From Octopus sinensis (lineage: Eukaryota), in assembly GCF_006345805.1 (NCBI RefSeq), contig NC_043008.1:49910001-49974000 (forward strand): a stretch of DNA of 64,000 nucleotides, in the 5' to 3' direction. Position 1 is the stretch's first letter; each line of letters begins with the position of its first letter. The position numbers and the translations under genes are program-made. The notes beneath the pieces are model-generated. The model searched no databases, had not been told where the DNA came from, and worked only from the letters and a program-made list of their open reading frames with translations. Positions 12,447 to 25,743 of this stretch are shown one piece after another.

Positions 12447-12612
12447 ATACACACATACGGCGGGTTTCTGTCAGTTTCCGTCTATCAAATCCACTTACAA
12501 GGCTTTGGTCACCCCGAGGCTGTAGTAAAAGACACTTGCCCAAGGTGCCACGCAGTGGGACTGAACCCAGAACCATGTGGTTGGTAAGCAAGCTACTTAC
12601 CACACAGCCATT
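12447..12612 (-). mobile_element. SINE family A head (tRNA-like plus CORE-like)
   Basis: Minus strand tggctgtgtggtaagtagcttgc...gggttcagtccc...ggcaccttgggcaagtgtc. Other heads at 11225-11380 (+) and 14577-14670 (+). Confidence 0.8.
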
Positions 12613-12748
12613 CCTACACACACACACACACATATATATCTGTACCCATATATATATATGTAGATATATATATATGTACATGCATATATTTATATTATTA
12701 TATGATCGAACGCCACGCATCCTTTTCCAAGCAAGTTTTATCTATCTG

Positions 12749-12802
<54 letters not shown>

Positions 12803-12804
12803 AA

Positions 12805-12843
<39 letters not shown>

Positions 12844-12939
12844 CCAAATTCTGTTCTTTTCAACATGTGATCTCTTAAGCACCACCAGCTCAAATATTGT
12901 CTCCTCTGTCTTCCCTCCTTGGGATCTTTCCTTCTCCTT

Positions 12940-12974
12940 GTTTCCGACGAAGAGCTCCGCTCGAAACGTTAAAC
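12940..12974 (+). ncRNA. Minimal hammerhead-like fold, variant core
   Basis: GTTT-CCGACGA-A-GAGC-tcc-GCTC-GAA-ACGT-T-AAAC. Stems I and II pair and helix III is the palindrome ACGT. U4 is C and one extra A precedes stem II. Confidence 0.5.
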
Positions 12975-13549
12975 CCTCCTTCCCTTCTTTCCTGAGCGTC
13001 AATAATACTTTAATTGTTCCACGTCCTCGCGTTGCTGTGTTTTTTTCTCTTTTTTTCTGTGTTTTCTTGTTTGGATTAAGTTTATATATATATATATTAT
13101 ATATATATATATATATATATGGTGGTAAATGATGGCGTATGGAAGTTTATTTTATCAAATTATTCAATTTATTTTAATATAATTGCACTGACATAAAATA
13201 TCCACGCATATTTTACTTGTTATTTCCACTGCAGGGCCTTACCCCCTCCTTCTCCCCCGCCGCTATCAAAGCTTGTCTCTGACTGAAACTGTCAGTTATA
13301 TTACGATAACAATCTATATAGCTCCACCTTAAAGCGGCATGTGACCTTTGGTAAGGTGACGTCAGAAGAGTTCACGTTGCATTGCATGTTAATAAATAGC
13401 ATAAGTATTGAAATACACATAGAAACATGTATGCGCATACACACACACACACGCGCGCATTCGCTCATGCGCACATATACACGCTAATGTAAGTACGCAC
13501 AAACACAACAACCACACACACACACACACACTCACATACAGCACACATC

Positions 13550-13716
13550 AGTATATATATAATATATATATATATATATAGATATATATATATGTAGATA
13601 TATATATATGTATATATATATGTAATATATATATATAATATATATATATATATATCATATATATATATATTATATATATATATGTATATTATATATATAT
13701 ATATATATATATATCA

Positions 13717-13760
<44 letters not shown>

Positions 13761-13786
13761 TATATCTATATATATATATATATATA

Positions 13787-13849
<63 letters not shown>

Positions 13850-14030
13850 TATTTATATGTATATATATATGTAATATATATATATATCATATATATATAT
13901 ATATATATTACATATATATTTATATGTATATATATATATTATATATATATATATATATATATCTATATATATATATATATATACAGATATCTAATATATA
14001 TATATATATATTATATATATAAACGTATAT
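13550..14030. repeat. Long interrupted (TA)n microsatellite
   Basis: Directly visible. Similar long tracts at 37480-37830, 38760-38950 and 39550-40190. Confidence 0.95.
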
Positions 14031-14537
14031 GTGTGCGTATAAATGCATACACAAATACATGTACACATACATGTACACATACATGTACACATACACACAC
14101 ACGCACATACATCATACACATGGAAGGACGCTTAACATAATGGCACATGTTTATGCGCAGCTAACATTACAATATTTCTCATTTCGTTTACTCAGCCTGT
14201 TTAATCTTTCAGTTTATGCTATCTAATTATTGTTTAGGACCGATCTATATCAAACGTCATCTTAGTACATTCTCTCATTAGAGTATTTCTGACACCATAC
14301 GTAGTTTTAAAAAGATTGTTTCCACAACAGTCAGCAGTATGTAGGCTCTTTTTTGTCGAACTCTATCATTTAGCCTCTCACTCACCCTCATAATGCAGAT
14401 ATGCACAATCATGTACACATACACACATAAAAACGTATACAAAATCTATATGCAAATACTGTAGTTAGTAGATTGCAACTACCTACCTATATAATATATC
14501 TATCTATCTATCCATCCATCCATTTAGCTACCCACAG

Positions 14538-14570
<33 letters not shown>

Positions 14571-14804
14571 ATAATGCGCTGGCGTGGCTGTATGGCTGTA
14601 TGGTAAGAAGCTTCCTTTTCAACCGCATGATCCCGGGTTCAGTCCCACAGTGTGACACCTTGGGCAATTCTACCTGTACAACGGAACTTGTACAGGTATA
14701 ATTATACATGGTATTATACAGGTATAATTATACATTTCAAATTGCAGCTTTCCAATAGTATCCGTTTGTCTTTTACGACTGCTGAAGTGCACTAAAGTGT
14801 TATA

Positions 14805-15857
14805 ATGGAGGCCGCTGAATGCAGATCAGTGATCAGGTTCTTATACTTAAAAGGTGGGACACCAAAAGAGACTTTCGACGAGATGAAAGAAATTTATGGT
14901 GACGATGCGCCATCATACGACGTAGTCAAGCATTGGCATCGTCAGTTCAAATACGATCGGACATCGGTGGAAACTACTCCTATTCCTGGACGACCACATT
15001 CCGCCATTGATGACGACACCATCCATAAAGTGGAAACCGCCTTTTTCGAGGATTGCGGCATAACTATTCGGGAACTAACCCAAGAAGTGAAGATAAGTAT
15101 AGGGTCCGTAAAAAAAAGATCATTCATGACCATTTGCACATGCGGAAGTTGTCTGCATGATGGATTCCCCGGATGCTCACACCTTTTCAGAAGCAGGAAC
15201 AAGTCAATTGCTCCCAGCTTCATTCGGCAATGTGCCAAGAAGATGAGAAGGACTTATCCGGCAGACTTATCACATAGGATGAAACATGGCTCCATTACTA
15301 TGATCCTGAGGCAAATGTCCAGTCGAAGCAATGGAAGCATCATAACTCGTCACCTCCAAAGAAAACTCATGTCAAACCCTCAGCAGGCAAGGTGATGCTC
15401 ACAGTCTTTTGGGACCAGTGCAGAGTAGTGATGATGGATTTTTTGGCAAAGGGCACCACAGTTAACGGAGTATATTATGCTTCTCTGCTGTCGAAATTGC
15501 GGGACGCCATCAAAGCAGAGAGGCGTGGCTTGCTGACCAAAGGAGTTCGCCTCCTCCGAGACAACGCCCCAGTTCACAATGCGCATGTTGCCCAGATGAA
15601 AGTACACTCCTGCGGCTGTGAAATCTTTCCTCATCTTCCTTAGTGTCCCAACCTCGCACCATCTGAGTTTCCACCTCTTTCCATCCATGAAGTCTTTTTT
15701 GAAAGGAAAAGACTTTTCAGATGATGAACTTATTTCCGAAGTAAAGTCTTGACTCCAGACGCAACCTACCGACTTCTACGGACGAGGCCTTCACAGCAGC
15801 ATAAGGCGATGGGAGAAGTGTGTCACCGTTGGTGGTGGCTATGTAGAGAAGGTCTAA
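14805..15857 (+). pseudogene. Mariner transposase pseudogene
   Basis: MEAAECRSVIRFL..., GRP, DETW-like, KVMLTVFWD, DNAPVH and PNLAPS motifs across several frames, ending ...GGGYVEKV* at 15857. Probable right TIR remnant near 15905-15928. Frameshifts and stops present. Confidence 0.92.
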
Positions 15858-16539
15858 TAATTATGCCAAGTTTCGTTTATCCCAGTCCTCGGGAAGAGGG
15901 TCAGGGGACATCTTTAATGAACACTCCTTATATCTCACACTCTCTCTGGTGGTCATTCCAATATTTTTAGCAAATAACATGGTTGAAACTATCTAAATGC
16001 TAAACCCTTTCTTCAAGATCTGAGAACTCTTCTATTCTAAATTGATATTCTATATAAAGGGTTCTCAATTTTTTCGTCTGGTGTACCCGTTCGTTCTCTC
16101 CGTCGCTCTTTGTGTAACGCTTGTGAAAAACATATGTTAAAATGTATGGGTGCAGTAGAACAAACAATAGACATATGTTATTTGTTAGTGATTTCATTTA
16201 ATTTAATATTTCATTTCTAATAAGATTGATGAGTTTGGCTCTTTCTAACAAGTAACCCAAGAATAGCCACAGTTTCAGAGAAACACCCACGTATCATTCT
16301 TAGCTGACACTCCTGTTCGAAATTAGTTTTTTGCAATACACATTGGTGGCAAAAAAGAAAAACCGTGTTCGCAAAGGTAAGTGGGTAGGAACAACAAAAG
16401 GCTTTCCACAGATTTGTTGGTTTTTTTTAGCTATACATAAGTAAGACACCACGGGGGAACACCAGAATATTACTAAGGAAAGTGACGAGGGTTAAGAAGA
16501 TCTTTGACCGTGAAGTCATTTATAAATTTCACAAATCTA

Positions 16540-17350
16540 CCTTGCTAGTTTGTTCGGAACTGATCTGATATTGATTCCGAAGGGATTTTGAAAGAGACGA
16601 TAATCCAGTTCACTAATATCGGGAAAATAGAAACCTAATTCCTTGTGTAGATAAATAAAATACTTCTGGGCCAGCATACAGATTTGATGGATGTTCTTTG
16701 CTTCCAGTGCAGTAAATTTTTCACTCATATTCTCAAAAACGTCACAACGACGCGCCTTCAAGTTTTTCGATCAACAACTCAAATTACATCCAGAATTACT
16801 TTAATTTGTTGACACAATCTCTAACGGTAGCTCGGTTGCCTTGAACTCTCTTGTTTACTGCAATGAGTCGTAAGAAAATACTATTCATGTAAACCAGCTA
16901 TGCCTTCCAATTGGTGTCAGAAAAAAATTTGATGGCGCTATCTTTCTGATTTCTTGAAAAGTATTCTTTTGGTTCATATTTCATCTCTGCAGTTCAAGTT
17001 ATTACATTACCTCATGAAATCCATCTCACTTCTAAGTGAAACGAAAGCTCCTTTTCTTCGTCAACTTTATATTTTTGACACGACGAACGCGATATCTCGG
17101 AGGAGGCGGATTAGATCTGACAAATTTCTTCATGCCTACAACAACTCAAAAACGTATCTGTGAGCCGAAGACACCGCCTTTGTACTTAATGCACACCTAC
17201 GAATTATTTGTGTGTTCTTTTTACATCGAGGTTGACATATGACACTCTTGTAAGGAAACCGAATCCAATTAGGAAGTTTTTTGTTTCTTTTTATTAATCC
17301 CACTGAGTCAAGCCTTCGTATTATCCGCACTTCTACTCATTTAGTCATTC
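16540..17350 (-). pseudogene. hAT (Charlie/ZBED5-like) transposase fragment
   Basis: Minus-strand remnants EVRWIS*GNV (compare EVRWLSRG) and LHKELGFYFPD...FQNPF. Confidence 0.7.
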
Positions 17351-18089
17351 TCAACATTCCATGTTAAACATTTCCCTGATACACCATTATGTTTCGAACT
17401 ACAACCCTCTAAAGCACTTTCTTATTAGTCCCAGTGGACTGTTGGATAAGAGAGTTGTTAGCTTTGGTTTATAAATAAAAGCACTAAGTCAAAATACATT
17501 CTGCTATTATGCACACATTCAGGAACAAGATATCTGACGCAATCAAAGACCGGCTGAAACATGATATCGATATAAATATCAAAATCCTTTCCATCTTTAT
17601 AGATGGGGCTAACAGAGCCAAAATATTACAATTTTATTAATAATTATTCATTTCAGATATTGAGACAGTTATAGCTAAGGAATGATATCTATGACGAATG
17701 CAGTCTTCAGGGAGTGGTACCTGACCAAATTTGACAGGCTGTAATAAAAAAAATTAATAAAATTGAGTAATGAGCAAACGAGGGAGGCGTTATATGATTC
17801 TTCGATCTGCCAGATATAGCAGTCGAATTTATTTCAAAATACACCTTGTCAATTTAGAAGAGAAGGACACGTTAGACAATGAAGTCTTTCGAGAATTGTG
17901 TTAGAAGAAAGAAGAAATTGCTAAGGTTGGAGCGACTATGTCTGCTATTGTGCTTAGGGCTAGAGAAAACAACAACCAAATTTTCTTTAAATTACATGCA
18001 ACTGAATTAGAAAACTCAATGCAGTTCAAGGAGCGCGTGTCAGGATGACAGGCTGGAGCGTCAAAGCTGGAACGTCTCTGTCCAAAGGT

Positions 18090-18430
18090 TTGCAGAATCG
18101 TTATCGTGTAAGACAAAATGTGTAACAACATTTCTTCCTGCCCCTTACGTTTTGAGCAGCGTAATGCCCCTTACATCACACCATCAGAAGGCCTTGGTTG
18201 ATCAAGGCTGGCCATGCGTCTGTACGTGTATGAACAGGCTGGAGCAAGACTTTAAAAAAAAATTTTTTTAGGAAGACTAGCAGTTGCCCGTACGCCTGCA
18301 AGTCTTTCTTCTCTGCATCACCGAAATTCGCCGTTTTAGGGCCGATACAGCTTGGTACCAGTGTCGTCACAGGTGTTGCTATCAGAATGCAAAGAACCAC
18401 AACAAATACCGCAAGGCATTTCACCCGATT
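18090..18430 (-). pseudogene. Possible CRE-type LINE restriction-like endonuclease fragment
   Basis: ATPVTTLVPSCI...GDAEKKDLQAYGQL...QPVHTRTDAW loosely follows the pattern ATxVDTLAPS...AExxKxxKYxxL...FxPVAVETxGxW. Confidence 0.35.
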
Positions 18431-18964
18431 TCCTAGCAGTTCCGCCAGCCAGCCGTCCGAGTTTGGTCCCTTTTTTAGCGATCCCCGAAAGAATGAATAT
18501 CAAAGTTGACCTCAGTGGAATTTGAACTCAGATCAGGAAAATTCAAAACATACAACAAAACTCTCCCGATCGTCTAACTGTTCCGCCAGTACACCGCACT
18601 ATATTGGTACTTTTTTATTGACCTTGACAGAATGAATGGCAAAGATAATCTCAGAGGGATTTGAACTCTTTCACACATAGAACAAAACATGATTAGATAA
18701 TAAGGAATTAAATGCAGTGTCTGGCAACAAGATGAAATGGTCAAGGTTGGAATGTCTTTATCTATTGGTTTATTTAATCATGTCTGATCCTGCATGGGAC
18801 AAAACTAGGGCTCAGCAAAGTGTTCAGCATTGACCCCTAGAGGTCAATATGGCTGTGCAAGGCCATGCTGGAGCACCGCCTTTAGTCAAGCAAATCGACC
18901 TAAGGACTTATTCTTTGTAAGCCTAGTACTTATTTTATCGGTTGTCAAGCGATGTTGGGAGACA

Positions 18965-19008
<44 letters not shown>

Positions 19009-19145
19009 CGACGGGCTTCTTTCATTTTCCGTCTATCAAATCGATTCACAAGGCTTTTGTCAGCCCGAGGCTATAGGTGCCACGCAGTGGGACTGAACCC
19101 GGAACCATGTGGTTGTTAAGCAAGCTACTTACCACACAGCCACCG

Positions 19146-19197
<52 letters not shown>

Positions 19198-19509
19198 ATG
19201 CATGTATATACATACATACATACATACATATACATGTGTGCATCGATGTTGATGTATTAGATGTGGTTTTTATAGATGACATTTATACGATGTCATACAT
19301 AAAAAATGGGTGTATAAATAAATATGTATATATATATATATATATATTATGTTTGTATGTATGTATATTTACGCATGTATGTTTACATTTGATGTAAAAT
19401 AGTGACTTTATTGCCCCATGACAGCTTGTTCTAGTTATTTGCCCAGCTAAACAATTCTTTAAGGGTGGTCTCTTCTCATTCTCTTTCCGACTGCCTGTCT
19501 GTCTGTCTC

Positions 19510-19576
19510 TGTGGGTGCATGTCTCTCTCTCCCCCTCTCTCTCTCCTCTCTTTTCCTCTTTCTCTCCTCTCTCTCT

Positions 19577-19610
<34 letters not shown>

Positions 19611-19887
19611 TTGTCTGAGTGTTAGTGTGACTACCTGTGTGTGCGTGTGTGTCTGCGTGTCTGTCTATTTCTTTGTCTCTCTATCTGTTTCTATTGCCCT
19701 CTCTCTCTCTTTTCCTTCCATCCTTCCTTCCTTCCTTCCTTCCTTCTCTCTCTCTCTCTCTCTCTCTAAGCAAATGTATGTGAATGGCTTCTCTCTCATT
19801 CATACTATATCTAACTACTTCTTTCCCCCTTCTCTCCTCACTTCTATGATGATCATCTCTCTTTCCCTCACACATTCTCTCTCTCTA

Positions 19888-19961
<74 letters not shown>

Positions 19962-20130
19962 TCCATCAGGCTTTGTCCCTCTCTCTTTCCTCTCTCTCTC
20001 TCTCGACAGTTCTATAAGGGTGGTCTCTCTTCCCCCTCAACCTTGCTTTCCTTATCTGTCAGTTTGTCTGTCTCCATGCCCCCCCCACCAACCCACCTCA
20101 TCTATTTCGTTCTCTCTCTTCCCTTGTAAT
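19510..20130. repeat. Long polypyrimidine (CT)n-rich tract with nested (TG)n and (TA)n
   Basis: Directly visible. Confidence 0.9.
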
Positions 20131-21176
20131 CTACACAGACGACGTGACTGGCCCAGCTGTGGCTGTTAATTTCCTTAGCTTGGATCTCCATTTACATATC
20201 ACTACAAGATGTCACTCAATACTGCCTTACAATCTCTTTCGAATCTCTCAGATTTTGAGAGAAATGTTCCGATTGTTAAGAAAACAATTTACAATTCAAT
20301 TCATCTCTCACCAGTTGCAGGAAATTACAGAATCTTTTTTGTGATAAAATACATCCAACAGATTGCCGTTCGGGTTTTGATTTGCGATTTTTCGGGGGAT
20401 GGAGAGCGGGGATTAAAGAAAAAATAACTAACAAACAAAATAATGAATTACTCAGTTGTTTTGTCTAGAATTGGATTTATAAATTGTATACGTGTTACCG
20501 ATACAATTGTTATTATTTAGCTCCAGCTCAGCATTGATCGACCAAAACTATGATCTTAACACATTCAGGCTATAAACACGTTTTTCCTTGTATTCAAAGA
20601 ACCCGATGTTACATCATTCTGCGTGTTCGTTTTTGAAGATGATACGCTATGAGTTAAAGGAAATTTCGATGATATTTCTAGTAGGATGAGTGACCATGCA
20701 GAGGCCCGCACATTCATTATTTCGTCACTGGTGCCACTTTAGTGTGCAGTCTATCGCAGTATCGTTGACAAGCAGCAGACATATTAAAACTCTGGACGTC
20801 TTTAGCATCCATTGTCTCCAGAGAATCCTTTCACTTATCTAGGGAAATAGGACGGACACACACGGACACACACACACACACACACACACAGAAACTTTCC
20901 ACGGGTCCAAAACCAGTAGCAATGAATCCACATAAAACTGTAATTGACTTAGCCACCCATGGACAATCCTTGAGGACAACAGATGACGATTTAAAACGTC
21001 TTAATATATTGGAGAGGGGTTAATTAACCGACTGGGATAATTGTCCTAATACAGGTTCGGACATCAAGTTCTTTGACCAACACACACACACACTCAGAAG
21101 CGATCTTCCAATCTAACTAATCTTTGATCTCTTAAAACGTTTGAAAAGAGTTGTTTGTACACGTAACATCAAGGAT

Positions 21177-21590
21177 AACTCTCTTTACTCTTTTACTTGT
21201 TTCAATCATTTGACTGCAGCCATGCTGGAGCACCTCCTTTAGTCGAGCAAATCGACCCCAGGACTTATTCTTTGTAAGCCTAGTACTTATTTTATCAGTC
21301 TCTTTTGTCGATCCGCTAAGTTACGGGAACGTAAACACACCAGCATCGGTTGTCAAGCAATGTTGGGGGAACAAACACAGACACACAAACACACACACAC
21401 ACATATATATACATATACATATATACGACGGGCTTCTTTCAGTTTCCTTCTACCAAATCCACTCACAAGGCTTTGGTCGGCCCGAGGCTATAGTAGAAGA
21501 CACTTGCCCAAGGTGCCACGCAGTGGGACTGAACCCAGAACCATGTGGTTAGTAAGCAAGCTACTTACCACACAGCTACTCCTGCGCCTA
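21177..21590 (-). mobile_element. Full-length SINE family A: tRNA-like head, CORE-like segment, internal microsatellite, tail ending in (aaagagt)n
   Basis: Minus strand taggcgcaggagtagctgtgtggtaag..., B-box gggttcagtccc, ggcaccttgggcaagtgtctt, (TA/TG)n, then tail. It resembles the octopus OR-type CORE-SINEs. Partial copies at 18853-19142, 25290-25540 and 35200-35425. Confidence 0.85.
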
Positions 21591-21805
21591 ATTTTTTTTT
21601 TTTTAACTACGATTAGAAATTAAAAGCATTAATCTTTCAGACCTTCCTGATCTTACCATTTCTTTCTATCATTCTTTATTTCTCGCGAGCTTTGCACTGA
21701 CCATAGACGTCCAACACTTCTAAGTCCTATTCAGACGGAAATCTTTTTTTTTTTCTTCTAATTTTCTTCTGCACTCGCATCCTCGACGTTGTTTGTCGCT
21801 GTCTT

Positions 21806-21866
21806 AAGTCAAAAGTCTCAAGTCAAAAGTCTCAAGTCAAAAGTCTCAAGTCAAAAGTCTCAAGTC
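21806..21866. repeat. 14-bp tandem repeat (aagtcaaaagtctc) x4.4
   Basis: Exact copies directly visible. Confidence 0.95.
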
Positions 21867-22178
21867 TTTGTTAATACATTTTATCTTTTAACTCGTGTTT
21901 TCGCATCAGACTTTTATATATCTCTGTCCTGTGTTTTTTCAATCGTAAGACTTGATTTCATTTTCTTGTCTTGGCGACTTCTTATCCCGGATCATTACGA
22001 CGACGACGACATCGTAATGAATCTGAACAAAAAAGTTGCCGGATGAAGAAGTTATCCTTAACTGCTTCTTGTCCTTCTTGTTAATTGTCGTATATGTCCT
22101 TAATATACGCGTGTGTGTGCGTGCGCGCGCGTTTTTTATATGTAGATATCTTTGTATGAATGAATCTGTATGAGTGCT

Positions 22179-22214
<36 letters not shown>

Positions 22215-22216
<2 letters not shown>

Positions 22217-22406
22217 CCCTGGAGAAGGACATCATGCTCGGAATGGTCAGTGGCAAGAGAGGAAGAGACCGACCAAGAACCCGCTGGCTTGACACCATCA
22301 AGAGTGATAAAGGAATGGACGTGGCCAATCTGAAAGAAGCGGCCCTGGATAGAACTGACTGGAGGACACTGATCCAACGAGTGACCGAGAGTCGACTTCG
22401 ACTGAG

Positions 22407-22410
<4 letters not shown>
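22215..22410 (+). mobile_element. 5'-truncated RTE-type LINE 3' end flanked by (TA)n
   Basis: SLEKDIMLGMVSGKRGRDRPRTRWLDTIKSD...DRTDWRTLIQRVTESRLRL is the typical RTE C-terminus. Confidence 0.88.
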
Positions 22411-22487
<77 letters not shown>

Positions 22488-22491
<4 letters not shown>

Positions 22492-22629
22492 AATGTAATA
22501 TGTGACAATTATTCGGTAGCCATGATAAAATATCTCTCTTAAGAGATGGCGGCGTGGATTTCCACCTCGGCATCCGAAACTCGGAGTTTTATCATGGCTA
22601 CCGAATAATTGTCACATATTACATTTACA
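22488..22629. repeat. Perfect 43-bp inverted repeat with 56-bp spacer
   Basis: 22488-22530 is the exact reverse complement of 22587-22629. Confidence 0.95.
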
Positions 22630-22695
22630 GATAAGTTCCTCTATTTACATAATATCGAGGTCTCTTTCTTTCTTTTGTTGTCTTACCATTTTTAT

Positions 22696-22730
<35 letters not shown>

Positions 22731-22803
22731 TAAATGAAATAAAACATATGCATATATATAAACATATATGTACGTACCTACCTCTACATGTACATATACA
22801 CGC

Positions 22804-22863
<60 letters not shown>

Positions 22864-23419
22864 GTGTCTTTATATTAAGTATGTATATATGCAGATATAT
22901 GTATATATGTATGAATGCACACGCATACAAATACACACATATATATCTATGTATACACACACACACGCATACACACGAATATGTCCCTGGAGTAAGAATT
23001 ATGTTAAAAATTAATTCACTCCTATTTATATAAAATAAATAATAAATTTCTTCAAACAGTGAAATCTTAAAAACTTTCCTGAAATAGAAAGCAAAAAGAA
23101 TTATTTTTGTCTGTTGCCTTTTTTTTTTTTTTTTTTTTTTTTTTGTTAAATTGGTTTTCTGAATCAACAAAAAAGTCAAATTATAAAAACATGAGCAAAA
23201 TAGTCAACGTTTGCTTATTTCTATAAAATACACTGTTTTGTTTTCTCTGCAATTCACTGCTTCTAGGCCATTATTTATTTATTTATTTATTTATTAACCC
23301 ACAATATTCTTTCTGTAATTTTCTTCATTTCAGCAGCAGTTGAGTCTGCGAACCACAGGAATATCTCTATTTGTTTCAGTTTATTTTTCAAATTATTATT
23401 ATCATCATTATTATTATTA

Positions 23420-23499
<80 letters not shown>

Positions 23500-23538
23500 G
23501 TCGTCGTCGTCGTCGTCGTCGTTGTTGTTGTTGTTGTT

Positions 23539-24200
23539 TAGGTGGCGAGCTTAACAACACGCCGGGCGAAATCCGTAGCCGTATTTAGTCTGCCGCTACG
23601 TTCTGAGTTCAAATTCCACCGAGGTCGACTTTGCCTTTCGTCTTTCATCGGGGTCGATCAAATAAGTACTAGTTACGCACTGGGGTCAATATAATCTACT
23701 TAATCCGTTTGTCTGTCCTTGTTCGTCCCCTCTGTGTGTAGCCCCTTGTGGGTAGTAAAGAAATAGAAATCGGTATTTCGTCTACCGTTACGTTCTGAGT
23801 TCAAATTCCGCCGAGATCGACTTTGCCTTTCATCCTTTCGGGGTCGATTAAATAAGTACTAGTTGCGCACTGGGGTCGATATAATAACTTAATCCGTTTG
23901 TCCTTGTTTGTCCTTGTTCGTCCCCTCTGTGGGTAGTAAAGAAATAGGTATTTCGTCTGTCGTTACGTTCTGAGTTCAAATTTCGCCGAGCTGGCAGAAT
24001 CGTTAGCACACCAGGCAAAATGCTCTGCCGTATTTCGTCCGTCGCTACGTTCTGTGTTCAAATTTCACCGAGGTCGACTTTGCCTTTCATCCTTTCGGGG
24101 TCGATGAAATAAGTACTAGTTTTGCTCCGAGGTCGATATAATGGACTTGCCCACTTCCCCCAAATTTCAGGCCTTGTGCCTATAGTAGAAAGGATTATTA
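23539..24200 (+). mobile_element. Head-to-tail concatemer of family B SINE units
   Basis: gttctgagttcaaatt recurs four times. Units start at about 23539, 23771, 23947 and 23985. Confidence 0.85.
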
Positions 24201-24285
24201 TTATTATCATCATCATCATCATTATTATTATTATTATTATTACCCACATCCCCGAAATTGCTGGCCTTGCACCATAATTTGAAAC

Positions 24286-24324
<39 letters not shown>

Positions 24325-25743
24325 GTGGAAATGTATCGCAATTTGAAGAAAGTGATTGGGCGATGCTTTATTCACTCAAAGAAGGTGTCGACAAGAATTA
24401 GCAGGAAGCGGTTTTTGGACAATCAGTTGACAGGAAGTCGCTGAAGATTAAAGTAAGACAGTAAGCATTGAAAGAAGAGAAAAAGAGATGTTTTAACAAG
24501 ATTTCAATGTTGTTTCTGCAGATATATAATGACTCATAGAGTGGATATGTCTACAATAGAATATATTTATTTATGTTTCGAAATTGAAGCCAGTTGCTAT
24601 AAGATGTGTATAAAGAATTCTTGGAGTCCTCAAAAAGATGTCAGATTATCATGAAAGGAAATTTAACTCAAATGGATATTGAGAATTCTTCATTTTATTT
24701 TTATTCCTTTTTATTTCTTTTTTTTCTTTCTTTTATCCTGAATGAAAGAAAATTTGCAGATTTTGCAGAAAATTTCAAGATCAAAAAAGTGACTGATCAA
24801 ATAGTTATGCAAAAGTTTAAGATGGCAGCATTCTTAGAAAGAGGCCCCCAACAATTTGATTTGTTTTATACCAGTCATAGGCGGCCCACGAACTTTCTGA
24901 ATGGTACACTTAACGAAAGGTTACCTTGATTTTTTTTTTATTTTAGTAGCGCAGCTCACCTGGTGAATATCCCTGTCTCATGCGACCCGCTTCAAGAAGG
25001 TCGCCTATGTACGCTTTATGTCACCGTTTGGTTTGGTTTGTGGGTAACTCTTTTGTAAGCTTAAAAACCAACCCTTATGCCTTTTCCTCACTCGCTACCT
25101 CATTTTGCGAACAATGGTCCCCAGACATTCACATTGAACATCGTTTCATATAAACAGATCTCGACTGCCAGGAGAAGTTTGCGTAGATCATGTTATCAGA
25201 TCATCTCTTTATCTCATCAGAAACGTATCAGAAACAGCTGTAAGCCGAAAGTACACAAATAAAGAAATACGTAAAGCTCATTATTCATACCTTTTCCATG
25301 CTGTGTATTTGTGTGAGTGTGAGCGTGTGCGCGTGTCTTTTCGTTTCTTCCCGACCACCGCTCGACAACCAGCGTTGGTTTATTTACGTCCCCGTAATTT
25401 AACGGTTCGGCAAAAGAAACCGTTAGAATAAGTACTATGCTTCAATATAAAACCTGGTGTCGATTCGTTCGACTAAAACTTCCTCAAGGCGGTGCTCCAG
25501 CATGGCTGCAGTCTAATGACTAAAACAAATAAAATCAAAACAATAAAAATATGAAAGATCTATGATGCGTCATCTCGTTTTTAATGGCACAAAATTACGC
25601 CAACAATAAAAATTTAGAAAGCATAACTTCAGGCCTGAGTTAGAAATATTCAGTTTTTGTAAAGTCTTTATAATTTCTTGTATTCCAGAAATATATGTCG
25701 AAGTATTTATTTCATGTTGTTCTTTGTCACCTTATCTTTGCAG

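Noticed and set aside
17938-18255. Plus-strand frame with TGA stops that could be read as Trp (alternative genetic code)
   Set aside because: The same frame also has TAA stops, and the minus strand is better explained as a LINE remnant.
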